From the IMG/VR virus record IMGVR_UViG_3300010352_002815, positions 1 through 64,000 of that record: DNA of 64,000 nt, one strand, 5' to 3'. The position numbers and the translations under genes were made by a program. The notes under the pieces are model-generated. The model was not told the DNA's origin, made no database searches, and worked only from the letters and a program-made list of their open reading frames with translations. This stretch comes from a virus. Its lineage: Duplodnaviria; Caudoviricetes. Below, piece by piece: positions 37,011 to 46,224 of the stretch (within the stretch, counting starts at the first letter, position 1; every line of letters begins with the position of its first letter).

Positions 37011-39536
37011 TTAGTAGCTTCCGTATGTTCTGGTACACTTTCCGATAATGTTTTTGACTGCTCTTTCAAATGCAAAGTCATCTAAGTAACGGCCATTTCC
37101 AGTACCGGGACCAGAAGACTTATAATCCATGTTAACTACGATTGTGACGCCGTTCTTGGAAGATGATCCACCACTAGATGCAATTTCTTCTAATAAATTT
37201 ATTAAATTGGAGTCACGAGCTACACTAGCTGGAATAATAGGTTCACCGGAATCGACCCAAGCTAAGCCCGATTTTGTTACTTCACCACCTACTGCATTTT
37301 TGGTTAAATAACCGTATACGCCTTTTCCTGCGCCCCATAATGCAGATGCTCCATATCCTAAAGTATTGAAGATACTCCAAGAAGAAGCAGACATACCAGT
37401 CTTGCCGTTATTAAGGTTTTCTTGGGTTTGTGCTACGTCTTTTGTAAACTTATCGTTAATTGCTGACATAGCTCCAGCTGCAGCAGCTCCAACTAAAGTT
37501 GTCGAAGTAGCACCGGCTCCGGTTGCTCCACCGCCAGAACTTAACATATTAATAAGATCTTTAGCTGCATTATATTCTGGATCAGATATACCATATTTTG
37601 TTTTAGTAGCTTGAATATCTGCTGAATTCCCGGATGCAATAGCATCAAATAGAGCATTTAGTCCTTCTGGACTACGAGTAGCCAACGGGCTTAACGCATT
37701 ATTAGATTTAGCGGCTTCCATGAAGGCGTTTTTGAGATCTTCTCCAGTCAATGTTTTGCCAAATACTTTTTCAACAATTTTGATAACTGAGTCCCAGATA
37801 CCCTTTAAAGGCATATATAAATATTTATAGAAGAGACCGATAATGTAATCCACGAAGTCTCTGATCTTTTTAATAAGGTCTCGAATCTGTTCCGCAAAGT
37901 CAATCAATTTATATAATGGAACGCCCAGCAATCTAGTAATTACAGAAAAGAATGTTGTACCATTAAATATACCCGCAAAGACATCTTTGATACCTGCAAA
38001 AGCAACTTCCATGGTGGGCATTTTAATGTGAGTCAGGGATTTCCAGGCTCCGCCAAAGTCTCCTGAAAAGGCTTTCTTAACTGCAGAAATTAATGGCTTT
38101 AATATACCTAATTTATCGGCTATCAAGGCTAGGATGCCTACTAGTATTGCTCCAGCTGCGATAAATGGTAATAATGGCGAAAGGAATGCCCATACTCCAG
38201 CCGCTAATGCGTAGGCTCCGGTTGCAGCGGTTCCTTCTGCGGCAGATAATCCTAATAGGCTACCTATGCCTAGCATGTTAGCTGCGTTAGCGGCATATTG
38301 AGTAGCGGTGTGCCAGATGTTTGCTCCAATTAATCGAAGTCTAGTAGCTAACGAAGTATTTTGAGCACCATTATTAAGTTCTGTTACAGCAAATTCACCT
38401 TCCATGGCTCCCGTTAATAACGCATGCGATCCTGCGTCCGCAACAGTAGCAGAAGCTTCTGAAGCTTTTAGCATCGTACTGATACCAGAAGTTATATTAA
38501 GAGCTTTCATTAAGTTCCAGAGAGGAGTCATTACTCCAATTGTAACACTTAATGCTGATGCTAATGCTAATGCCATTCCCGCGAAACCTATTAACGCAGA
38601 TCCTCCAGGAATATTAGTAATTGTTTCTACTAAGTTTGAAACGACAACAGTAACAAATGTCATTGGCTTTGCAATACTATCGCCAATAGAAGATTTTAAT
38701 TGCCCTAATCTAGAATCCAAAACATCCCAAGGCCTAAGGTCAATTTGAGCCTTCATATCAATTACAGAACCTTCTTGAACAAGTCTGTTTATTCTTTTTT
38801 GAGCAGACTTCATTGAAGGTTCGTCTAAACTGATACCCAAGGCAGTTGAAAGACTTTTGGCTCTGATGCTCTTGGACATATCACCTGATGTCATAGTGAG
38901 ACGTCTTACTAACTGTTCAGGAGACGAAATGCCTTCTTCTTCCATTAATTCTTTTCGGGACGTATAGAACGCTTCTAATGATCCAGCTTGATCTACTTTA
39001 TTTTGGCCAGATTTGCCCATATATTTTCCGCCGGCCATTATAGTAGCATAAGCACCTTTCATGTTGGAAGTTACGGTTCCTAAACCCATTTCAGCTTGTT
39101 CTTCTGCTTGTTTTTTAAGTTCGTCAAAAGAAATTCCAAGTTTTTTATTGGTGTCTATAGCTTGCTTCATTTCAGCAACATATAAGTTAGATTTGGCTTT
39201 TGATAACCAAGCTAGACCCGAAACAGCACCACCGGCAGTCATTCCAAGTAATGCACCAGACATTTCTTGGATACTTTTTTGGACGTCTCCTAACGAACTT
39301 TTTACGGAGTTGAAGGCTCCAGACATCTTACTGCCTAGAGAACTGAAAGCATTTCCTGAGTTGTTGGCAGCACTTGATAACTTATTCACCGAAGAAGTAG
39401 CCTGTTCTGCTCCTGCGCCTACTGTGACCTTTTGTCCGGAAAGTTGGCTAGCTTTTTTAGAAATAGCATCCAACTTGGCTTCTGGATTTCCTGCGATTTC
39501 TACGAGTATGCTGACAGATCTGGCGTAATCGGAAAT
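37011..39536 (-). CDS. tape measure protein (proposed ATT start)
   Basis: Ala/Gly/Ser-rich helical protein with hydrophobic segments, downstream of the chaperone. The frame is open to ATT 39536 behind GGGAG; the track start is TTG 39473. Confidence 0.85.
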   Translation of the reverse strand: MSDYARSVSILVEIAGNPEAKLDAISKKASQLSGQKVTVGAGAEQATSSVNKLSSAANNSGNAFSSLGSKMSGAFNSVKSSLGDVQKSIQEMSGALLGMTAGGAVSGLAWLSKAKSNLYVAEMKQAIDTNKKLGISFDELKKQAEEQAEMGLGTVTSNMKGAYATIMAGGKYMGKSGQNKVDQAGSLEAFYTSRKELMEEEGISSPEQLVRRLTMTSGDMSKSIRAKSLSTALGISLDEPSMKSAQKRINRLVQEGSVIDMKAQIDLRPWDVLDSRLGQLKSSIGDSIAKPMTFVTVVVSNLVETITNIPGGSALIGFAGMALALASALSVTIGVMTPLWNLMKALNITSGISTMLKASEASATVADAGSHALLTGAMEGEFAVTELNNGAQNTSLATRLRLIGANIWHTATQYAANAANMLGIGSLLGLSAAEGTAATGAYALAAGVWAFLSPLLPFIAAGAILVGILALIADKLGILKPLISAVKKAFSGDFGGAWKSLTHIKMPTMEVAFAGIKDVFAGIFNGTTFFSVITRLLGVPLYKLIDFAEQIRDLIKKIRDFVDYIIGLFYKYLYMPLKGIWDSVIKIVEKVFGKTLTGEDLKNAFMEAAKSNNALSPLATRSPEGLNALFDAIASGNSADIQATKTKYGISDPEYNAAKDLINMLSSGGGATGAGATSTTLVGAAAAGAMSAINDKFTKDVAQTQENLNNGKTGMSASSWSIFNTLGYGASALWGAGKGVYGYLTKNAVGGEVTKSGLAWVDSGEPIIPASVARDSNLINLLEEIASSGGSSSKNGVTIVVNMDYKSSGPGTGNGRYLDDFAFERAVKNIIGKCTRTYGSY

Positions 39537-39570
39537 GGTTTAACAACTCCCTAAAAAGGTTATAAAATGT

Positions 39571-39864
39571 TTACTTGGTTTTATTCTTCTCTACAACAGC
39601 AAGCCAACGTTTCTTAGCATCTTCACTGCAAGTATCGTACTTAAAGTTCTTAGGAAGTTTGCACTTCATACGATTTAAGAATTCCTTGTGGGTTAGAGTA
39701 CGACCACCGGGCTTTTTGCCAGCTTTAGCTAATGCAATAATTTCTTGAATGTGAGAAATGGCATCTAATTGCAGGCGCGTCATCTTACCAATTGGCTTAT
39801 TGCTTATTTTATATCCTGAATAATGGAGCCAGACAAGCTTTTGGCCTTCTGCTCCTTGAAAAAA
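39571..39864 (-). CDS. tail assembly chaperone, -1 frameshift extension (gpT-like part)
   Basis: The -1 frame from the T TTT TTC site reads FQGAEGQKLVWLHYSGYKISNKPIGKMTRLQ..., continuous with ORF 39571-39783. Confidence 0.75.
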   Translation of the reverse strand, partial: FFQGAEGQKLVWLHYSGYKISNKPIGKMTRLQLDAISHIQEIIALAKAGKKPGGRTLTHKEFLNRMKCKLPKNFKYDTCSEDAKKRWLAVVEKNKTK

Positions 39865-40229
39865 TCCAAGAGTTCTTGACTACCTACTGACGATATATTA
39901 ATGATTTCGCGACCTATTTCAACTAGAGCATTTCCGACCATGCTTTCAAAAACTTCTTTTTGTTCTTCTTTTGGAGCATCTGGATTAATGATTTCGTGGA
40001 GTGACGGATCTACAATACCATATCGACAAGCTTCAATTGGTAAAATATAATTATCTGATATTTTAGTGTCTTCCATAGAAATTAGGAATCCTTCTTTTTC
40101 GACTTTCTTGAATACTTTTGCAATTTCGATTTCCGTCAGCGGGCGTATCTCGATATCCTCGTTATATACGGTTATGTGCACAGTTTTTCGGAATTTAGTT
40201 CCTTCTAAAATAAGTTCTTTTGATATCAT
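39804..40229 (-). CDS. tail assembly chaperone (gpG-like)
   Basis: Between tube and tape measure; IEIRPLTEIE; slippery heptamer near the 3' end. Confidence 0.8.
   Translation of the reverse strand: MISKELILEGTKFRKTVHITVYNEDIEIRPLTEIEIAKVFKKVEKEGFLISMEDTKISDNYILPIEACRYGIVDPSLHEIINPDAPKEEQKEVFESMVGNALVEIGREIINISSVGSQELLDFFKEQKAKSLSGSIIQDIK
39858..39864 (-). promoter_or_regulatory. -1 ribosomal frameshift heptamer T TTT TTC
   Basis: GAT TTT TTC AAG; X XXY YYZ form; open -1 frame. Confidence 0.75.
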
Positions 40230-40267
40230 GTTTGATTTTCCTTGCTTTTATTATATTATGTTAAAAT

Positions 40268-40771
40268 TTACTTAGGATCTCTATACATTGCACTGAATGA
40301 ATACTTAGTGGATGCAGTGGAACCTACGTTACCAACACTCAAAGAATCTCCGGTCAGTAAACATCTATAAAATGTTACTATTGAATGGCCAATAACTTCA
40401 GTAGGACCTTCTCGAATAGATCGATCATACGCAGCACCATTATCACCAATTACAATAGTGAATTCTCTACCAAGACCGTTAGCTGCATAAGTAAGATTTT
40501 CTTTAATAAGATCCATCCACTTTTCTGGGTTTTCAGCAGAAGATACCCACCAGGTTCCGATTTCAAAGTCGCCTTTGTAGTCGATTTTGCCTTGAGTCTG
40601 ACCATACTTTTCGTGAGAACCAGTTCCCCATTCTGGTGTTACATCAGTACTTTTTTGTACTGAAACAGACTTCAACGGAATAATATGAGGAATACCGTTA
40701 GCGGTAGATGTAAAAGTTACCACTATGTCTCCTGGATCTTCTGCAACTATTGTATATGCACTATCTGCCAT
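40268..40771 (-). CDS. tail tube protein
   Basis: Immediately after the sheath; 167 aa; WGTGSHE...GKIDYKGDFEI. Confidence 0.8.
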   Translation of the reverse strand: MADSAYTIVAEDPGDIVVTFTSTANGIPHIIPLKSVSVQKSTDVTPEWGTGSHEKYGQTQGKIDYKGDFEIGTWWVSSAENPEKWMDLIKENLTYAANGLGREFTIVIGDNGAAYDRSIREGPTEVIGHSIVTFYRCLLTGDSLSVGNVGSTASTKYSFSAMYRDPK

Positions 40772-40808
40772 AAATGTTATAACTCCTTAAAAATGTTTGG
40801 AAGTGAGT

Positions 40809-42491
40809 TTATTCCTCGCTCACTTCAGTAATAACGCTAGTATCCTCATTTTCATTTAGGATGCCAACTGCGATTGTTTCATCTATGCGTTCTATGTGGC
40901 CTATGTTCTCCATACTGATTTTAACGATGACTTTTCCGGTATCTGTGTCATCTGGATAAACATCGAGTTTATAAGCTCTAATATTTTCATCACGTAATAA
41001 ATCGTTAAGAACTGAAGCAATAGAAGCTTTCATTGCAGACATTACTGCATTAGTACGCTTTTCGTGGAAATATTGTTGAGCAATTTCGTTAGAGCAAACA
41101 ATGACCCAATTAATGGTACGATTATCAACCGTTCTTAAGAACTGCCAAGTTTGGTCAGTAGTAATTCCAACGTATGGTCTGATGCCTCGGCTCTTTATAA
41201 TCGCATCAACTCTTGCGTCAGTATCTTGAGTTAAAGTGTCAACTTCGTCTTGGTCGAAAGTATTCAATAAACCATTTAAGCCGTTCATTGCATTGCGGGG
41301 TAGGGCAGCACTTTCGCCAATTGCTACTGCGGCTTCCTTACCAGCTCTAGCACATGCAATATTTTGAACTGTTGAAGAATTGTCCCAAGCGTTGCCAACT
41401 ATTGTCAGAAGACGATTCGAATACCCAGATGCTAAATCCAATAATTGATCCACGGATAAGTTTGGAGCAGCAGCCACGAAACACTGGCATGGATGGAACT
41501 TATTAGCCATTTCAGATGCCCAGCCGTCTAATACCGGTATTAAATCATGAGTACCAATGTCAACTTCATATTCTGTGATACAAGCGCATTGAGGAGCACC
41601 TATTAGTTCTGCGGCGGCGTTTCCACCGACCCATAACGCATCTTCCCAGTCATCGGTTGTAATTGTTGATCCGTCTAGTCCACCTGTTAAAATGTGCGTG
41701 GTGGCAGCATCAATTTTTGGTAAGTGAGTTTCGCCAGATACCGCTTCAGCTTCCACGAAACCTGAAGAATTGAGACGAGCAACCAGTTTAACCAAGGATG
41801 AAATATTATCATAGGTGTAAGTCGATTCATTGTCAGAAAGGACAATCTTGACAGTATAATATTTTAAGCTATATGTAATCAAGGAAGTTGCGGCTACCGC
41901 AGTTCCAAAAGTCAAACTTCCGTTGACAGTATCAACATATACTTGATCTGCGGAAGGTGGAGCAGTATAAGTAATTGTCTTAGCGACTCCGGCAACTTTC
42001 ACCCAATTTGCAGAGCTCTGATATAAAGCAATATTATCCGTGTAATACGGACCTACTGTTCCATCACCTGGAATGCCGTACTGGGAAAATTCTGTGGCTT
42101 TATAACTGCCTTGAAGCACCTTGGCGGTAATTGCATTGCCCCAAATTCCGGGAGAATACGCGCCAATAGTTACGACATCGTTTGGAGAAGATAAGCCGTC
42201 TGTTAATGTTTTTGTTGCAGTCGCATGACTAGTACCTAATACCCTGACAGCATAGACAACAGGAGCGCCTTGCGCAAATATAATTTCAATAGCGTCTTTT
42301 AAGCCACCAGAATAGAAATAATGGCTAGCCTCTGTAGATGACGTCATTACAACGCATTCGTCAACGGGACCTCTTACAGCCCTACCAACTACGAGTACAG
42401 TGCCTTTTCCTACAATAACAGGAACTGGACCAACTGTCTCTAACTTAATAATCAGTCTTACGAACTGATTTGGATTTCCATATTCAACCAT
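40809..42491 (-). CDS. contractile tail sheath protein
   Basis: VGRAVRGPVD, YAVRV, AYSPGIWGNAI, LTGGLDG, C-terminal FLRTVDNR. Confidence 0.9.
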   Translation of the reverse strand: MVEYGNPNQFVRLIIKLETVGPVPVIVGKGTVLVVGRAVRGPVDECVVMTSSTEASHYFYSGGLKDAIEIIFAQGAPVVYAVRVLGTSHATATKTLTDGLSSPNDVVTIGAYSPGIWGNAITAKVLQGSYKATEFSQYGIPGDGTVGPYYTDNIALYQSSANWVKVAGVAKTITYTAPPSADQVYVDTVNGSLTFGTAVAATSLITYSLKYYTVKIVLSDNESTYTYDNISSLVKLVARLNSSGFVEAEAVSGETHLPKIDAATTHILTGGLDGSTITTDDWEDALWVGGNAAAELIGAPQCACITEYEVDIGTHDLIPVLDGWASEMANKFHPCQCFVAAAPNLSVDQLLDLASGYSNRLLTIVGNAWDNSSTVQNIACARAGKEAAVAIGESAALPRNAMNGLNGLLNTFDQDEVDTLTQDTDARVDAIIKSRGIRPYVGITTDQTWQFLRTVDNRTINWVIVCSNEIAQQYFHEKRTNAVMSAMKASIASVLNDLLRDENIRAYKLDVYPDDTDTGKVIVKISMENIGHIERIDETIAVGILNENEDTSVITEVSEE

Positions 42492-42517
42492 AAATTAATA
42501 ACTCCATAAAAAGGTGT

Positions 42518-42664
42518 TTAGACTGTTATCAGGGTGGTTTTGACATTATAACCATCCTTAAAATATTTCTGATAGACGTCTTTAGAGATCTTCCCATCTC
42601 GATAAGCGGAATAGACACTCATCCGACGTTCTTCAGGAGGTTCTTCAATTAATTTTGATTTCAT
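42518..42664 (-). CDS. 48-aa protein (not in ORF track)
   Basis: First ORF after the conserved element at 42681-42723; AGGT SD. Confidence 0.4.
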   Translation of the reverse strand: MKSKLIEEPPEERRMSVYSAYRDGKISKDVYQKYFKDGYNVKTTLITV

Positions 42665-42680
42665 GAATAGTACCTACTAA

Positions 42681-42723
42681 ATTATAATCAAATAATAGAA
42701 ACGATTTAATATTTTACGACTAA
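42681..42723 (-). promoter_or_regulatory. conserved late-promoter element, copy 1
   Basis: ATTATAATCAAATAATAGAAACGATTTAATATTTTACGACTAA; upstream of the sheath operon. Confidence 0.75.
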
Positions 42724-42782
42724 TGTTATAAGAGCAAAAAGTACTTATAATAAATCAAATAAAAGTACTTTAGGTGATTTAA

Positions 42783-42929
42783 ATGTCTAATATTCATTTA
42801 GACGATTTATCAAATAACGAGTTAAAATCATTAGGACATACAGAAAAAGAAATTCAGAAAATTAGAAAAGAAGCTATGTTATTAAGAAACTTCCAGATTG
42901 ATAGATATATGGATGAGAGTGAATATTAA
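42783..42929 (+). CDS. 48-aa protein (not in ORF track)
   Basis: AGGTGA SD; TAATG coupling to the next gene. Confidence 0.45.
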   Translation: MSNIHLDDLSNNELKSLGHTEKEIQKIRKEAMLLRNFQIDRYMDESEY

Positions 42930-43150
42930 TGTCTATATTAAAGTATCTACCAAAGGACCCAATTGAAGATCTTATATTTGGTCTATCGTGTGTTGCCTGC
43001 GCCTCCGGAATGTTCGTAATGAAAGAAATGTCTACATTTATATTATGGGATATATTGTACGGATTATTTGGAACGTTGATCGTATTTTATGCAACGTATT
43101 TTATATATCACATGACACAGTGGCATAAAGACACTTTCGGAAGTGAGTAA
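42929..43150 (+). CDS. small membrane protein
   Basis: Two hydrophobic segments. Confidence 0.55.
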   Translation: MSILKYLPKDPIEDLIFGLSCVACASGMFVMKEMSTFILWDILYGLFGTLIVFYATYFIYHMTQWHKDTFGSE

Positions 43151-43168
43151 CCAAAACTTTTATATTCT
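43149..43168 (+). promoter_or_regulatory. BRE/TATA-type viral promoter
   Basis: AACCAAAACTTTTATATTCT; leaderless ATG at 43188. Confidence 0.65.
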
Positions 43169-43187
43169 CATATAACTACTAAGTACT

Positions 43188-43454
43188 ATGAAAGAATCGT
43201 TTGAGAAATTAGGATTGGTTGCCTTGCAACTAATCAGAGAAGAATTCCAAGAAGATCCGAAAGATGACCAAATGCTATTCGTATTATATAAAACAAAGCC
43301 TGATACGAGCTTAGTCGAGGTTGTAAATGTAAAGACTTCCGATAATACATTTAAAGAATTCTATAAATACAAGGACTTTAGATACAACGGAGTTCCAGTA
43401 ATCACATTACGGGTTTCGAACACAGAATTCGAATACTACCTACGATTACTTTAA
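43188..43454 (+). CDS. hypothetical protein
   Basis: Leaderless ORF. Confidence 0.55.
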   Translation: MKESFEKLGLVALQLIREEFQEDPKDDQMLFVLYKTKPDTSLVEVVNVKTSDNTFKEFYKYKDFRYNGVPVITLRVSNTEFEYYLRLL

Positions 43455-43468
43455 TTTTTTGAGGTTAA

Positions 43469-43657
43469 ATGACAAAAGGACGATTAAGTATTCGAGAAGA
43501 ACAAATCCTTGGAAATATAAAATCGGAAAAGTTCACTACTAAGGAAATCGGAGCCCGTTGTAGTGAATTAATCCGATTGGAAAATCGTGGACTCGTCAAA
43601 CGCAGCGGAATGACTGGTCCTAGAAACAGAACAACAATTTGGCAGAAGGTGATTTAA
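43469..43657 (+). CDS. small winged-helix-like protein
   Basis: FTTKEIG...LIRLENRGLVKR...TIW. Confidence 0.55.
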   Translation: MTKGRLSIREEQILGNIKSEKFTTKEIGARCSELIRLENRGLVKRSGMTGPRNRTTIWQKVI

Positions 43658-43810
43658 ATGTCTGAACTAACTGATAAAATGTTCCAAAATTTTTGGTCTG
43701 GTCAAAATAGAGAACAAAATACTAGTATTGAAAAGAAGACCACAATCACTCGACAAGAACTCTACGAAAAACTAAAAAGAATAGAAAATAGAAATAATAA
43801 AAATATTTAA
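43658..43810 (+). CDS. 50-aa protein (not in ORF track)
   Basis: AGGTGA SD. Confidence 0.4.
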   Translation: MSELTDKMFQNFWSGQNREQNTSIEKKTTITRQELYEKLKRIENRNNKNI

Positions 43811-43820
43811 TAATACTTTT

Positions 43821-44549
43821 TTATTCATTTATTAATATAATATCGCAACTAATTCCTTTCGTTGGACTAGCACCTTGCAAAATCAAGTCACAAACCAAGT
43901 TAGAATACCATCCTCTAACACATATGGACATTTCGTACCACGGAGGATGTACATCTGTCAACGTATCCATCCAACTAATTGGTTCGTCTGCTGGGAAGCC
44001 AAAATCGTATTGGATAGCATGGATGTTTGGTGTCTCATCTAGTACTGAGAAGCAATATTCTATTTTGAAATCGTAGACCGCAGGATAAATCCAATGTTGG
44101 TCGGATGCCTTGGCTTGAAATGGTGGTAAATAATTGACGTGTCCGGAACCAGGCACTACCTTCATGAAGTCTGTTGGCCAATATAATCCGAGCCTCAATA
44201 ACTCAATTTCAGTTTGTAAATCATAAAGCATTTGGTCAAGAATTTCTGGGGTGTCTTGGTCTGTTCCAGCTAGTAGGCTTTCAGCTAAAAGCGTTACACT
44301 AACAGATGCTTGTTGATGCTGGCCTATCCATTCACGAGCGTCGCCATTATCACCTAAATAGTCTTTGTAAATCGGACCATGAGTGGTTGGTCGCATTCTA
44401 ACGCCCTCAGAAATAATATTAAGTCTCATCGATGGAAATGTAAAGTCATCATTTTCTAATCGATCTTTCCGAAGTTTTTTAACAACAAGATCTGCAAGAT
44501 CGGTTGGAATTGCCTCAAGTAATCTTGCCCTTTGTGTTATCGAAAGCAT
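43821..44549 (-). CDS. putative tail terminator/completion protein
   Basis: TFPSMRLNII...SVSVTLLA...YDFKIEY fold pattern; last structural gene before the sheath operon. Confidence 0.45.
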   Translation of the reverse strand: MLSITQRARLLEAIPTDLADLVVKKLRKDRLENDDFTFPSMRLNIISEGVRMRPTTHGPIYKDYLGDNGDAREWIGQHQQASVSVTLLAESLLAGTDQDTPEILDQMLYDLQTEIELLRLGLYWPTDFMKVVPGSGHVNYLPPFQAKASDQHWIYPAVYDFKIEYCFSVLDETPNIHAIQYDFGFPADEPISWMDTLTDVHPPWYEMSICVRGWYSNLVCDLILQGASPTKGISCDIILINE

Positions 44550-46222
44550 TACGGCACCACCCTTTGTGCTCGGCTATCATAAGGCTTATACGGTAAATCC
44601 AAGTACTCGATATCAAGTAACTGCGGAGTATAACGTTCTATTGATACAGTAATTTCTTCCAAGTGGTCATCAATTAATCGAATGTCAGCACTGTACGTTT
44701 TTTCAGGTGTATCAAATAAACAGACATCATAGTAAGATAATTTTGTTAATGTCTTCTTATTAAGGATATCAGGTGTTATCGAAACAGGAACCCTTTCAGC
44801 GATTGCAACATAACTATCCATTGATTCCGTAAAGGATTTTTGAAGCATTTGACTGACTAAATGGGTTTTAGTAACGGTCTTTTTCAAAAGAACATCATCT
44901 AGCAATGATTTTAAAATAGTTTTTTTATTTAAAACATCGTTATCATATGTCTTGTATTTAGTGACTAAAGTACTATATAACATAGCTAATGGATTAGTTT
45001 TTCTAAATGATATTAATAAGTCTTGATCCCAAGAAAGACCTCGAACCGTTTTATTTAAGTCTATTATCCATTTACCAGAATTGTGGCACGGAACACCAGA
45101 CCAAACATACTTAGCAATATATTCTTCATCAAATACTTGCTGCCCTACTGGAGAATAAATTTCATCCAAGGGATCTCCTTCGTAGACTGTAACTGTAGAC
45201 GTGTTAACATTTATCCAATTAAATCCGTTAATAGATGTTTTAAATATTGGAGTTCCGTCAGAATTAAAGTCACTTATAGTAGCAAGAAAATCAGTAGTTG
45301 ATGTACCTACTTTTAAAACACTATAAGTATTTATTTTACCAATTTCTTCACCGTGATAGTTTAAGTCAAATAAAGTATTCCAAGTATTTAAATAACCACC
45401 ATCATTATTAACAATATAACGCACTTTACCAGTATTTTGTATAAGTACTCTAGCAACTACGGTAAAATCATCGGGTTGTAAACCAGTATAGTCTACGATA
45501 GATAATTGTAAAATACGTATATTGTTTCTTGGTAATGTCCACACAATACCAAATGCAGCAAATGTAGGATCACCTGCCCAGCCCCACGGCATGGTCCAAG
45601 TACTGCCTAAATTATCTGATACTAATAAATAAGGTCCGCAACTTGCTACGACTCTAGAACCGTAACCACAAAGAGCTGGACTCGAATATCCGGTAAATGT
45701 TGTACGTTCAGAACCTCCGTGAAAACCTACCCAGGATATATTATGACAGTCTAAAACTTTTGACCAGGTTTCTGCCAAGTCATACGATCGCCAGATATAA
45801 TTACCGTCATGGGCAAATAAAACATCATCATCAATGTTAATTACGGTCTTGCAACCTGGTGCGAAACTTGATATTTCACTCCACGTATAGCCGGAATCTT
45901 GCCAAGATTCGATCCAACCAGCTGAAGTGCTACCTATTACCCAACCAAAATCAATTAACGTTAGGGTATAAATAATGTTAGCAGTATTATAAACTTGGAC
46001 CCAGGACTTTCCCATATTTTTGGTACGGTAAATCGAATACGTACCATTAGACATTTTACAAATACATACATGATACTGGCCATAAACGTGAACCGGTTGC
46101 TGTATTTCATCTATTGCTCCGGGAAATGGTTCAGACTTCCACCAATCCTGGAAATTAGTAGTGTCAAAAGTCCCTAATAGAAAGTTTTTACCTTCAACTA
46201 CTGATAAAACAACTGGTTGCAT
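44549..46222 (-). CDS. BNR/Asp-box beta-propeller virion protein with C-terminal 14-aa repeats
   Basis: Asp boxes TKNMGKSW, SWQDSGYTW, SYDLAETW, SDNLGSTW, SINGFNW. Confidence 0.75.
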   Translation of the reverse strand: MQPVVLSVVEGKNFLLGTFDTTNFQDWWKSEPFPGAIDEIQQPVHVYGQYHVCICKMSNGTYSIYRTKNMGKSWVQVYNTANIIYTLTLIDFGWVIGSTSAGWIESWQDSGYTWSEISSFAPGCKTVINIDDDVLFAHDGNYIWRSYDLAETWSKVLDCHNISWVGFHGGSERTTFTGYSSPALCGYGSRVVASCGPYLLVSDNLGSTWTMPWGWAGDPTFAAFGIVWTLPRNNIRILQLSIVDYTGLQPDDFTVVARVLIQNTGKVRYIVNNDGGYLNTWNTLFDLNYHGEEIGKINTYSVLKVGTSTTDFLATISDFNSDGTPIFKTSINGFNWINVNTSTVTVYEGDPLDEIYSPVGQQVFDEEYIAKYVWSGVPCHNSGKWIIDLNKTVRGLSWDQDLLISFRKTNPLAMLYSTLVTKYKTYDNDVLNKKTILKSLLDDVLLKKTVTKTHLVSQMLQKSFTESMDSYVAIAERVPVSITPDILNKKTLTKLSYYDVCLFDTPEKTYSADIRLIDDHLEEITVSIERYTPQLLDIEYLDLPYKPYDSRAQRVVP

Positions 46223-46224
46223 AT

